From contig JAZUCT010000007.1 of the NCBI GenBank assembly GCA_045639255.1, forward strand, positions 1 through 60,440: 60,440 nucleotides of DNA, given 5' to 3'. Below are positions 47,276-55,016 of this stretch, piece by piece. The stretch is from Clostridia bacterium. Its GTDB lineage: Bacteria > Bacillota > Clostridia > Christensenellales > UBA1242. How positions within the stretch are numbered: position 1 is the stretch's first letter; every line of letters begins with the position of its first letter. The notes beneath the pieces were generated by a model. The model was not told where the DNA came from and did not search any database. It was given only the letters and a program-made list of their open reading frames with translations. A program made the translations under genes and the position numbers.

Positions 47276-47322
47276 CTCTATGTCATTCTTGCAAGTGCGA
47301 AGCACATAGCGAGAATCTAGAG
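47276..47322. other. 47-nt G+C-enriched extended imperfect hairpin in a divergent intergenic region
   Basis: CTCTA/TAGAG outer stem, ATTCTTGC/GCGAGAAT middle stem (one G-U pair), and GTGC-GAA-GCAC apical stem-loop. About 17 bp are paired. No gene ends nearby, so a terminator is unlikely. Confidence 0.5.
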
Positions 47323-47376
47323 TAGCGTTGTCTTGATTATTTATAAAATTATGATATAATGTTATTGGAGATTATT

Positions 47377-47847
47377 ATGGAAAATTTGCAGTTTTTTTAT
47401 GATTTTGAAATTTCAAAACAAGGTTTGTTAGATTGCCTTAACACAATTTCAGCCGATAAGCAAGCAAATAAAACAACTTATGGTGATGCCACTTGTTATT
47501 ATGTTCAAATGGGGCTTGCAAGCATAACTCTTTTGGAAAATGCTTTTAAAGGTGTTATTTTTAATTTTCAAGAAAGTTCACTTGAATTTGTTAATTCACT
47601 AAATGCTGAAATTTTTAACAGATATAGCGAAAAATTAATAAGCGAAAAAGATTATTTAACTTATTTGCAAATGCTTGGTGCTTATTTGGGTTGGTGTGCT
47701 GTTAAAAAATATAAGGCATATTTTGCAACTTTTGAAAATCAAAAAGTGCTTGTTTTAAATAACAAAGCCTTTAACCCTGCGTTAATTCTTAAACTATGCA
47801 GTGAAGAAAATAAAAGTGTTTTAAGTTTTTTTAATCAATTAAATTAA
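47377..47847 (+). CDS. hypothetical protein (156 aa)
   Basis: GGAG RBS before ATG 47377. The ORF-track ATG at 47359 lies inside a TATAAT-like box. Confidence 0.45.
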   Translation: MENLQFFYDFEISKQGLLDCLNTISADKQANKTTYGDATCYYVQMGLASITLLENAFKGVIFNFQESSLEFVNSLNAEIFNRYSEKLISEKDYLTYLQMLGAYLGWCAVKKYKAYFATFENQKVLVLNNKAFNPALILKLCSEENKSVLSFFNQLN

Positions 47848-47963
47848 TAATTACTTAAAAATGGCAAAATATTTGCGGCTTTTTGTTTGTTTAATTTAGT
47901 TGTGTGAATTGATATAATATTATATAATAAAAATAATAAGAAATTTATTAAAAAGGATATTTT

Positions 47964-49382
47964 ATGGGGTTACAAGAAAATATTAAAAAAATTGAATCTC
48001 TGCAAGCAGATGTTGAAGTTTTAAAAAAAGCAAACTCTGACAGAAAAAAAATAACTTCACTTAATTCACAACTTAACAACGAACAAAAAGAATTTGATAA
48101 AATTAACAATGCAAAATTCTTTAAATCTTACAATGATTTGCGTTGGAACGATTATTATACAACAAAAAGCATTCAAAACCCATATGATGAATACAGTGCA
48201 AAGCGCGTAAATAAAGAACTTGCTGATGTTCGAGATTATTATTCTGCAAATATGAAAGAACAACAAGAAAAAAATAAGGCTGAACATATTAAAAGATGCG
48301 ATAATAAAACTAAAATTTTGAATATTTTTAAAATTATTCTAATTCTTGCAGCCGCTATTGTAGGTGCATACTTTATTTTCACAAGCATTTTTTCAGTTGT
48401 TTCAGTTAAATCTGGAATGGACAGTTTAACTTCTGGAATGAGTTATGCCGACATTAAGTATATGCAAGAAACCTTTACAGAGTTTATAATAACCCTTTCT
48501 ATTATTTCTGTTTCATATATTGCCGTGCTTATTTTATTGCTAACCAAAGTTAAATTCACTTACACTTTTATTCCTGCAATTATTCAAGTTCTTGTTTCTT
48601 TATTTATGCTTTATGTGTGTCATGCAACAAAACAACAACTTTACTTAGAAGACCTTACATATATAACACCTGAACTTAATTCTGCATTTCTTGCACTTGT
48701 TGACCCTACAAAAATAACTGTTTTTGTTCTAGGTGGCATTGCAATTTTCTTATCGATATATGCTTTCATTCACCTTGGTGTTGATTCATCAATCGATTAT
48801 ATAAATATTCCATATAATCTTGAACACAGAGGAATGGAAGAAGCTTACAAAAAAGATGTTGAATATGTTAATATACATAAAGCCGAAATGATTAAAAATC
48901 ACGAAGCAACAATTGACGAAATAAAAATTAACATTAAAAATGCAGAAGATAATTTAATAACAGACGAATTTAAACAGGCAGTTTTAAACTTAAAAAATAA
49001 CGATGTTATGGTATGCCCTGCAATAACTGAAAAAGGTGTTAATTGGAATCTATTAAATAAGTTCGATGAACTGTTAGAAAAAATTAAACAAGTTATTATG
49101 TCGGGAAGAACTGACGATTTGCGTGCAGCAATAAATATGGTTTATGAAGATGATAAGCACAAAGATTTAATGGAACATAATAAAAAAATTGAAGAGCAAA
49201 ATAAATTGCTTGAAGAACAAAACAATCAAATGCTTAACAATCAACAAAAAATTCAACAGCAAAACGAACAAATTCGAAGGCAAGCGGCTCAAAACGAAAG
49301 AAACGCTCAAGCCCGTGCTGCTGAACAAGCTAAGCGTGATGAAGATATTTTTTGGCAAGCATGGATTAGCGGTCTTAAATAA
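47964..49382 (+). CDS. hypothetical membrane protein with coiled-coil ends (472 aa)
   Basis: AAGGA RBS. N-terminal coiled coil, about five central TM helices, and a C-terminal Gln/Asn/Glu-rich coiled coil (EEQNKLLEEQNNQMLNNQQKIQQQNEQIRRQAAQNE). Confidence 0.55.
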   Translation: MGLQENIKKIESLQADVEVLKKANSDRKKITSLNSQLNNEQKEFDKINNAKFFKSYNDLRWNDYYTTKSIQNPYDEYSAKRVNKELADVRDYYSANMKEQQEKNKAEHIKRCDNKTKILNIFKIILILAAAIVGAYFIFTSIFSVVSVKSGMDSLTSGMSYADIKYMQETFTEFIITLSIISVSYIAVLILLLTKVKFTYTFIPAIIQVLVSLFMLYVCHATKQQLYLEDLTYITPELNSAFLALVDPTKITVFVLGGIAIFLSIYAFIHLGVDSSIDYINIPYNLEHRGMEEAYKKDVEYVNIHKAEMIKNHEATIDEIKINIKNAEDNLITDEFKQAVLNLKNNDVMVCPAITEKGVNWNLLNKFDELLEKIKQVIMSGRTDDLRAAINMVYEDDKHKDLMEHNKKIEEQNKLLEEQNNQMLNNQQKIQQQNEQIRRQAAQNERNAQARAAEQAKRDEDIFWQAWISGLK

Positions 49383-49386
49383 AAAC

Positions 49387-49411
49387 AAAAAGGTGATTAA
49401 TCACCTTTTTT
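49387..49411 (+). terminator. rho-independent terminator
   Basis: AAAAAGGTGA-TTAA-TCACCTTTTT. Confidence 0.65.
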
Positions 49412-49487
49412 GTTATTATTATTTAAGCTAAATTTTTAACTAAAATCTATATTATTTAACAATTTAATTTTATGTGCAAGTCAACAA

Positions 49488-49515
49488 TTGATTTTTTAAA
49501 AAAAGTGTGTTATAA
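49488..49515 (+). promoter_or_regulatory. strong sigma-A promoter candidate (TTGATT-16-TATAAT, TG-extended) upstream of the first tRNA fragment
   Basis: TTGATT at 49488-49493 and TGTTATAAT ending at 49515, about 24 nt upstream of fragment 1. Confidence 0.5.
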
Positions 49516-49538
49516 TGCAAATGCAAATTTACAAAATA

Positions 49539-49578
49539 AGTTCCAATAGCTCAGTTGGATAGAGCGTCCCCCTCCTAA
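49539..49578 (+). pseudogene. orphan tRNA-Arg(CCU) 5' half, fragment 1 (40 nt)
   Basis: GTTCCAA-TA-GCTC-AGTTGGATA-GAGC-G-TCCCC-CTCCTAA-G. It has an acceptor 5' strand, D-arm, anticodon-stem 5' strand and anticodon loop. No complementary 3' half follows. Confidence 0.7.
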
Positions 49579-49661
49579 GTACCGACTTGTACTAAAATAA
49601 ACTTGCTACAATCCCTAAAACACGGACATTTCACAATAACAACAAACTCACACAACCACGA

Positions 49662-49683
49662 ATTGCACCCAAATTGCACCCAA
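49662..49683 (+). repeat. tandem 11-mer ATTGCACCCAA x2
   Basis: Perfect direct duplication in the C-rich, G-poor spacer between the tRNA fragments. Confidence 0.7.
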
Positions 49684-49703
49684 ACCACTAAAAAATAAAT
49701 CAC

Positions 49704-49743
<40 letters not shown>

Positions 49744-49925
49744 GAATGCCCTGACAAAAATAATAACCCTCAAAACCCTTGTAATTACGGCACTTTTACC
49801 ATTATTACAAATTACCAAAATAAAAAACTGACCCCAAATCTGTAAAAAGTTATCAAATTACATTTCTTGCAGTATATTGCATTTGATGACATTTGGTGCT
49901 AAAATAAGCACATAAATTCCCATAT

Positions 49926-50004
49926 GTTCTCGTAGCTCAGCTGGATAGAGCACTGCCCTCCTAAGGCAGGTTTGTCGGTGGTTCGAATCCACTCGGGAAC
50001 ACCA
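49926..50004 (+). tRNA. tRNA-Arg (anticodon CCT), CCA encoded
   Basis: GTTCTCG/CGGGAAC acceptor stem (one G-U pair), D-arm GCTC..GAGC, anticodon stem CTGCC/GGCAG with loop CTCCTAA, and T-arm GGTGG-TTCGAAT-CCACT. By my parse the variable region is 7 nt, longer than the usual 5. Confidence 0.85.
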
Positions 50005-50007
50005 ATT

Positions 50008-50029
50008 GCAGTCTTATGACTGCTTTTTT
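50008..50029 (+). terminator. rho-independent terminator after tRNA-Arg
   Basis: GCAGTC-TTAT-GACTGC followed by TTTTTT. Confidence 0.6.
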
Positions 50030-50052
50030 ATTTTTAAATCCGACTAATATAA

Positions 50053-50082
50053 TTGACAAAATTGAATATTCTCTGCTATACT
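50053..50082 (+). promoter_or_regulatory. promoter candidate (TTGACA-18-TATACT)
   Basis: About 155 nt upstream of the ATG at 50240. Confidence 0.45.
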
Positions 50083-50239
50083 ATATGTAGGTTTTATGGC
50101 AAGCCTGCTCGTTCGTGCAAAGATTTCATCAGCCATTTATGAGATAATATAATCTTTATGTAAAGGTTTATTGTCTAAAAAGTTTACGAACGCACTATAT
50201 TTACAGACAATAAACACAATAAATAAGGAGAATATTATT

Positions 50240-51040
50240 ATGACAAATATAGAATTTTTTAAACAACAAGCAAAAAATCTTTTAAAAGATTTCAATACAC
50301 GAGTATATAATGAAGACGAGGGGTTCTACGATTATAGTCCTCGCTTTTTTAATGACATTGACGAAATTATAAACAATTTTAATATTAATGAAGAAGAGCC
50401 TTTTTCTTTAATGAATGCTCAACATGTAATTTCCAGACTTGCAGGTTTTTATAAATGGACAGAATTAATAAAAGCTTCTGAATCAAGATTGGAATTGGGT
50501 AAATTATTATTAACTTGTCGTGAAGAGTACCAAAAGAAACAAGGTTATTTCACCAACATGGTTGAAAGCATGATAGTTGCAGACTGGAAACTTTATGAAC
50601 AAGAGAACTTAAAAGATTTTGATGATGATGCAAAACTGGAGATATTTAAGAAAGTTTTTCTAGAAGATGCGCCTGTAAAAAATACAAGACCTAAAATAAC
50701 TTTTAACTTCAAGAACGCCACAAATCCACAGGACATGTTAAAGAAAATAATGCGTGAAAAAGGCTTAAGTGCTGAAAAAGCAATTTTATCATCAATAACT
50801 CAAAAAAATTGCATTCGTATTATTGAAACTGGATATGCAGGCATAGCACTACAAATGTGGGGACATGCAGATCCTGACGGAGAAAGAGAAAAACTAGACA
50901 ATCCTGTTGTTGAATTTAAACTTTCCAAAGACAAAGAAAGACTTGTTGGTTTGATAATGGACAAAGAAAATGTTAGTTTCGAAGTTGCTATTTTATACTT
51001 TATGCTTTTTACATTAGAATCATTGGGATATCATATTTAA
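50240..51040 (+). CDS. hypothetical protein (266 aa), element cargo
   Basis: TAAGGAG RBS before ATG 50240 (the ORF-track start at 50171 lacks an RBS). Predicted helical. No family recognised. Confidence 0.5.
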   Translation: MTNIEFFKQQAKNLLKDFNTRVYNEDEGFYDYSPRFFNDIDEIINNFNINEEEPFSLMNAQHVISRLAGFYKWTELIKASESRLELGKLLLTCREEYQKKQGYFTNMVESMIVADWKLYEQENLKDFDDDAKLEIFKKVFLEDAPVKNTRPKITFNFKNATNPQDMLKKIMREKGLSAEKAILSSITQKNCIRIIETGYAGIALQMWGHADPDGEREKLDNPVVEFKLSKDKERLVGLIMDKENVSFEVAILYFMLFTLESLGYHI

Positions 51041-51055
51041 TTTTAAAACAAAAAA

Positions 51056-51087
51056 AGCCCCTAAGAGATTTTACTCTCCTAGGGGCT
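51056..51087. terminator. bidirectional terminator hairpin
   Basis: AGCCCCTAAGAG...CTCCTAGGGGCT (one mismatch) between convergent genes. Confidence 0.55.
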
Positions 51088-51092
51088 ATGTT

Positions 51093-51446
51093 TTATTTTG
51101 TTAAATTAATAAATGAGTCACTTGGTTCACAATCAATGAATGCTAAAAAAGATGTTCCGTTATTTGATTGTTTTACATGCCAAATCAATGATCCCATATC
51201 ACATTCAAATCCTGTTTCTATAAAAGGGGGAATCCAAATAAGTTGGATTTTTCCATCACCCTCCCAACCAGCCTTAACAAAAGCTTTTGAAACTTGACTC
51301 CTTGTATGATCATATTGCTCTTCCATGAACTCATCACCATAATATGAAAAATCCTCCCAGTAAAAAGCCTTATACAGTTCAAAGGTATTATCTTTTATAT
51401 TAGGTCGAAGATCTATATAGTGATATTTGTAAACTTTAATTTCCAT
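51093..51446 (-). CDS. hypothetical protein (117 aa), last gene of the integrase operon
   Basis: Starts 12 nt downstream of integrase 1 on the same strand. Trp/Gly-rich motifs (GWEGDGKIQLIWIPPF, WHVKQSNNGTSFLA). No family recognised. Confidence 0.5.
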   Translation of the reverse strand: MEIKVYKYHYIDLRPNIKDNTFELYKAFYWEDFSYYGDEFMEEQYDHTRSQVSKAFVKAGWEGDGKIQLIWIPPFIETGFECDMGSLIWHVKQSNNGTSFLAFIDCEPSDSFINLTK

Positions 51447-51458
51447 TTTATTTCTCCT

Positions 51459-52844
51459 TTATTCAAATATTTTATCAATAATATTACTTGCTTTCTTGTC
51501 GCTTGATTGCAGGAAGTGGGAATATATATCTGTTGTGGTTGATGTTTGGCTGTGACCAACTCTTCCAGCAACTGTCTTTATATCTATTCCTGCCATTAAT
51601 TGCAATGATATGTTTGTATGCCTTAGTGAATGCAGGGTTACCTTTGTTAAACCTGCTTGCTCTAGAATCTTTCTAAGCCATGTTATGAATATACTTGGGT
51701 TGTACGGCATTAAAGTATCTTTCTTGAATAATGCATCCTTAAACTTTGGATCTATGAAATATGGTCTATGTTCATCCCACCAAACTTTGTATTCCTTTAA
51801 TTGTTCTGTAAGTGCTTGTGGCATACTTACTTCACGCTTTGAACTTTCTGTTTTTGTGGATTTGTAGTATAGTCCAATACCCTTAGTTGAGTGCATTGAC
51901 CTTTGTATTTTCATAACATTGTTTTCTAGATCTATGTCTTGCCATTGTAGTCCTGCGAGTTCACTTCGTCTTATTCCCATATATAAGCAAGCCATAAGTG
52001 AAGTTTTTATAATAATATTTTCTTCTTTCTCTAATTCCTGTGCAAGTTTGATTGACTCCTTTTCGTTCAGAATAACGGTATCTCTCTTTGTTCCGTTTGG
52101 AGTTTCGATATAATCTCTACTTGCATAGTTGTGCGCTATTAATCTTTGCCTTTTCGCCGAGGAAAGAGTGGCACAAAGGCTTTTTCTGTACGAATTGATC
52201 GTTGCCTTTGCGAATGGTTTTCTAGTGGTTATAATGTCGAAATAATCTTTTATTTTTATGCCTAGTGGCTTGCATATCTTTTCAGCAGTCGCAAGTGATA
52301 TTTCTTGACCTCGTTCTGCTTTTTCGAATGTTTCTTTGGATATTTTTGCTTTCTTTACAAAGTTTTTAAGTTTCCATCTCTTACTTTTTAGAACTGGTTT
52401 CAAACTTTTCTTTAACAAGGCTTTTTCTATAATAATGCCTTGTTTTTGTTTCTTATCCAGGTATTCTTGAATTAGTGCTGGAGACACATCTTTCAACTTA
52501 ATCTTTCCAAAGAACTTTCGCATTTCTTCGTGCATTCTTACGCCTGTAATGTATGAGTGTGGAGAGATATCATTTCTCATTCTTTCTAATCGTTCTAGAC
52601 CGTAGTCAATTAGTGAGATATCAGTATCTTTCACACCTTTACCATTGAGTTCGTTGATTATTTTTTCTTCAAACTCATAGGCAACTTTATGAATGTAATG
52701 CTTTGCTTCGTTGTCCGTCATATCATAAGGTTTTTTCCAGGTCATTGACCTTACAACTGCTTTGTTTGAATTTGGTTGCTTTTGCCTAACCATAATTCTA
52801 TAAGATATGCCATTTTTAAGATTGTTTCTAATTATTGTCGCCAC
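51459..52844 (-). CDS. tyrosine recombinase/integrase 1 (about 461 aa from GTG 52844)
   Basis: Catalytic set GIRRSELAGLQW (R), HSLRHT (H-x-x-R) and GHSQTSTTTDIYSH (Y). N-terminal arm-type/SAM-like domain plus an inserted HTH-like segment. AAGGGG RBS before GTG 52844. Confidence 0.85.
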   Translation of the reverse strand: MATIIRNNLKNGISYRIMVRQKQPNSNKAVVRSMTWKKPYDMTDNEAKHYIHKVAYEFEEKIINELNGKGVKDTDISLIDYGLERLERMRNDISPHSYITGVRMHEEMRKFFGKIKLKDVSPALIQEYLDKKQKQGIIIEKALLKKSLKPVLKSKRWKLKNFVKKAKISKETFEKAERGQEISLATAEKICKPLGIKIKDYFDIITTRKPFAKATINSYRKSLCATLSSAKRQRLIAHNYASRDYIETPNGTKRDTVILNEKESIKLAQELEKEENIIIKTSLMACLYMGIRRSELAGLQWQDIDLENNVMKIQRSMHSTKGIGLYYKSTKTESSKREVSMPQALTEQLKEYKVWWDEHRPYFIDPKFKDALFKKDTLMPYNPSIFITWLRKILEQAGLTKVTLHSLRHTNISLQLMAGIDIKTVAGRVGHSQTSTTTDIYSHFLQSSDKKASNIIDKIFE

Positions 52845-54249
52845 TATATAACCCCTTTTCTCTGTTGAATATATCATTGATTTTTGCACTTGCATTTTTA
52901 TCGCTAGATTTTAAGAAATGAGAGTAGAACTCACTTGTTGTGCTGGCTCTAGCGTGACCAGCCCTGGTTGATACAGTTTTCATATCTACTCCTGCAATTA
53001 GTTGCAGGGTGATGTTTGTATGCCTTAGTGAGTGTAATGTTACTTTTGGCAATCCTACTCGCTCTAATATTACATGCAACCATTTCACATACATTGTAGG
53101 GCATACAATTCGTCCGTCGTCTGATAATAGCAATCTATCGTTGTCTTTCCATACTGCCTTTAATAATGATTGTCGATTTTGCCACCATTCTCTATATTTG
53201 AGTAAATACTCAACCAGTTTGTCTGGCATTGTAATACACCTAACAGACGATTCCGTTTTGGTGCTTTTTGTATAAGTTTTGCCACCTTTATCTCTAAAAC
53301 TTGATCGTGCTATTGTCATCGTTTTATTTTCAAAATCAATATCTTTCCATTCAAGTCCTGCAAGTTCTGCTCGACGAACACCCATGAGTAGAACTATCAT
53401 TAAAGATATTTGCTTTTTAGGATCGATTTCTTTTTCTAATTCCTTTTGCAGTATCTTTGCTTCTAGCTCATTGAGTATAGGAACTTCAACCTTAAAACCT
53501 CTTATAGGTTCTAGGTATTCAGGGGAAGCATAGTTATCTTCTATGAGCCCAAGTTTCTTTGCACTTGCAAGCAGTGAACTTAATACCACTCGATGCTTTT
53601 TGATTGATTCTTTTGCATATGGTTTTTCTACTTTAATATCTTCAAAGTATTCTTCATATGGTATTTGCAATCCTTTGCACATTGCAACTGCATTTTCATA
53701 TCTTATTGGATTGCCAGCCAATGCACTTTCATATACACTTCTTTTTACTCCAGATAACTCTGTTAACTGGCGTATTTTTAGAAGTTTTGCAAGCATTACA
53801 TTTTTTAAGTTTTTTATCATTCTTGAACTATGCCTTGTAACAATATGTTTTGATATGCTATCCATATAATCTTGAACTGATACTGGGGTTATTTCGGAGA
53901 GTTTAATATCTCCGAAAAACTCCTTTATATTTTTTGTTGATGCATCGGCTATTCTATAAAAGTTTTTACTTCTATTTAATGCCAATCGCTCTAACCATTT
54001 ATCGATGAATTGATATAATCGCATAGTGTTGTTGTTTGCTTTGAAAGATGTTTCTTTACATTTTTCATTGAATTCAAATTCATCTGCAACTTGTTTTAGT
54101 TGTTTTTGAACTTGATCATCACTCAAGCCTTTTGGAACTTTCCAAGTCATACTTTTTGTTTCGACTTTGCCAGTTCTTTGGCTTTTAACTTTAACAACTA
54201 TTCTATACGATGTGCCATTTTTTAATTCGTTTTTTCTTATCGATGCCAC
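52828..54249 (-). CDS. tyrosine recombinase/integrase 2 (473 aa)
   Basis: Catalytic set GVRRAELAGLEW, HSLRHT and GHARASTTSEFYSH. Paralogous to integrase 1 along its full length. Its stop overlaps the start of integrase 1 by 17 nt. Confidence 0.9.
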   Translation of the reverse strand: MASIRKNELKNGTSYRIVVKVKSQRTGKVETKSMTWKVPKGLSDDQVQKQLKQVADEFEFNEKCKETSFKANNNTMRLYQFIDKWLERLALNRSKNFYRIADASTKNIKEFFGDIKLSEITPVSVQDYMDSISKHIVTRHSSRMIKNLKNVMLAKLLKIRQLTELSGVKRSVYESALAGNPIRYENAVAMCKGLQIPYEEYFEDIKVEKPYAKESIKKHRVVLSSLLASAKKLGLIEDNYASPEYLEPIRGFKVEVPILNELEAKILQKELEKEIDPKKQISLMIVLLMGVRRAELAGLEWKDIDFENKTMTIARSSFRDKGGKTYTKSTKTESSVRCITMPDKLVEYLLKYREWWQNRQSLLKAVWKDNDRLLLSDDGRIVCPTMYVKWLHVILERVGLPKVTLHSLRHTNITLQLIAGVDMKTVSTRAGHARASTTSEFYSHFLKSSDKNASAKINDIFNREKGLYSGDNN

Positions 54250-54260
54250 TTTTAACCTCC

Positions 54261-54497
54261 TTAAATCTTTATTTGTTTTGCTTCGAACTCATATTCTGTA
54301 CCTTGCAGAAATGCTATAAGCGAATCAAAGTCAACAAGCAACTTTCTTCCAGATTTTAACGATCTGATTTTTTCTCCATTAGCAAGTTTTACAATGTAAA
54401 ATCTTGTAATGCCAGTATCGTTATCTTTTTCCTTTATAAGATCACATGCTTGTTGAGCAGTGCGCCAGTTAATCACTCTAGTATTTTCTAAATTCAT
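54261..54497 (-). CDS. putative excisionase / recombination directionality factor (78 aa)
   Basis: Small ORF directly upstream of the integrases with an AAGGAGG RBS. HTH-plus-wing-like pattern ending in KLLVDFDSLIAFL. The assignment rests on position and pattern only. Confidence 0.45.
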   Translation of the reverse strand: MNLENTRVINWRTAQQACDLIKEKDNDTGITRFYIVKLANGEKIRSLKSGRKLLVDFDSLIAFLQGTEYEFEAKQIKI

Positions 54498-54781
54498 TTT
54501 GCCTCCTTAAACCTGGCTCTCACTTTTCACGACACATTAAGCCGCAAAGAAATGAAAAAGTCCAGTGTTATTCCTTTAATTTTTTTATAAAAACAATATT
54601 AAGTTGTAAAAAATCTTTTTACTTGCCGAAATTCGCCCCAGAAACGCCTTACATTTCGCTATTTGTCTTACATTTGAGATTTGTTTGCTTAAACATAAAA
54701 CTCGCCACAGGTTGCGAATTATTGTAAATAATTTGATTTTCTTTTGATTTATTTGTTTTTTCAAATAAACCTTATAGTAAT

Positions 54782-54814
54782 AAAAAATACTAGCAGATAT
54801 TTTCTACTAGTATT
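54782..54814 (-). terminator. rho-independent terminator (minus strand) after the primase-helicase operon
   Basis: AATACTAG-13 nt loop-CTAGTATT with a T-run following on the minus strand. Confidence 0.5.
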
Positions 54815-54948
54815 AAAAACTACTATTTTGATTTTTGATTACGCGAAAGTTTGTGCGTGATTGCCGCCCCGCTCATTAGGGGTGAACTCGTAGAGATTTA
54901 GATCCCCCTGGGGTGTAGTAATAGCATATTATCTCTATATACCTTTTT

Positions 54949-55013
54949 GATGTTATTAATGTTATTGATGTTATTTTAATTGTCCCCGTAACATCAATAA
55001 CAAGAATAACATG
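54949..55013. repeat. 26-bp imperfect inverted repeat built from 9-mer NATGTTATT iterons (3 direct plus about 3 inverted)
   Basis: Left arm 54949-54974 is GATGTTATT AATGTTATT GATGTTAT. Right arm 54988-55013 is its reverse complement at 22/26 positions. 13-nt spacer. Ends 3 nt from the primase stop. Confidence 0.65.
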
Positions 55014-55016
55014 TAT

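Noticed and set aside
50171-50239. N-terminal extensions implied by the ORF track. Here the start is 50171 vs ATG 50240. Similar cases: 27419 vs 27395, 36827 vs 36815, 2153 vs 2144, 37110 vs 37119, 41945 vs 41963, 43242 vs 43257, 45125 vs 45140, 47359 vs 47377, 57023 vs 57017, 58182 vs 58155, 9717 vs 9681, 39803 vs 39785 and 52895 vs 52844.
   Set aside because: In each case a downstream ATG or GTG has a well-placed Shine-Dalgarno sequence and gives an N-terminus matching family expectations (signal peptide, conserved first motif). The longest-ORF start lacks an RBS or lies inside the RBS or -10 box. Starts remain predictions.
52828-52895. Considered that the two integrase ORFs are one frameshifted gene or that one is a pseudogene.
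   Set aside because: Each ORF independently contains a full N-terminal domain and a complete R/H-x-x-R/Y catalytic set, and each has its own RBS and start. They are two genes.
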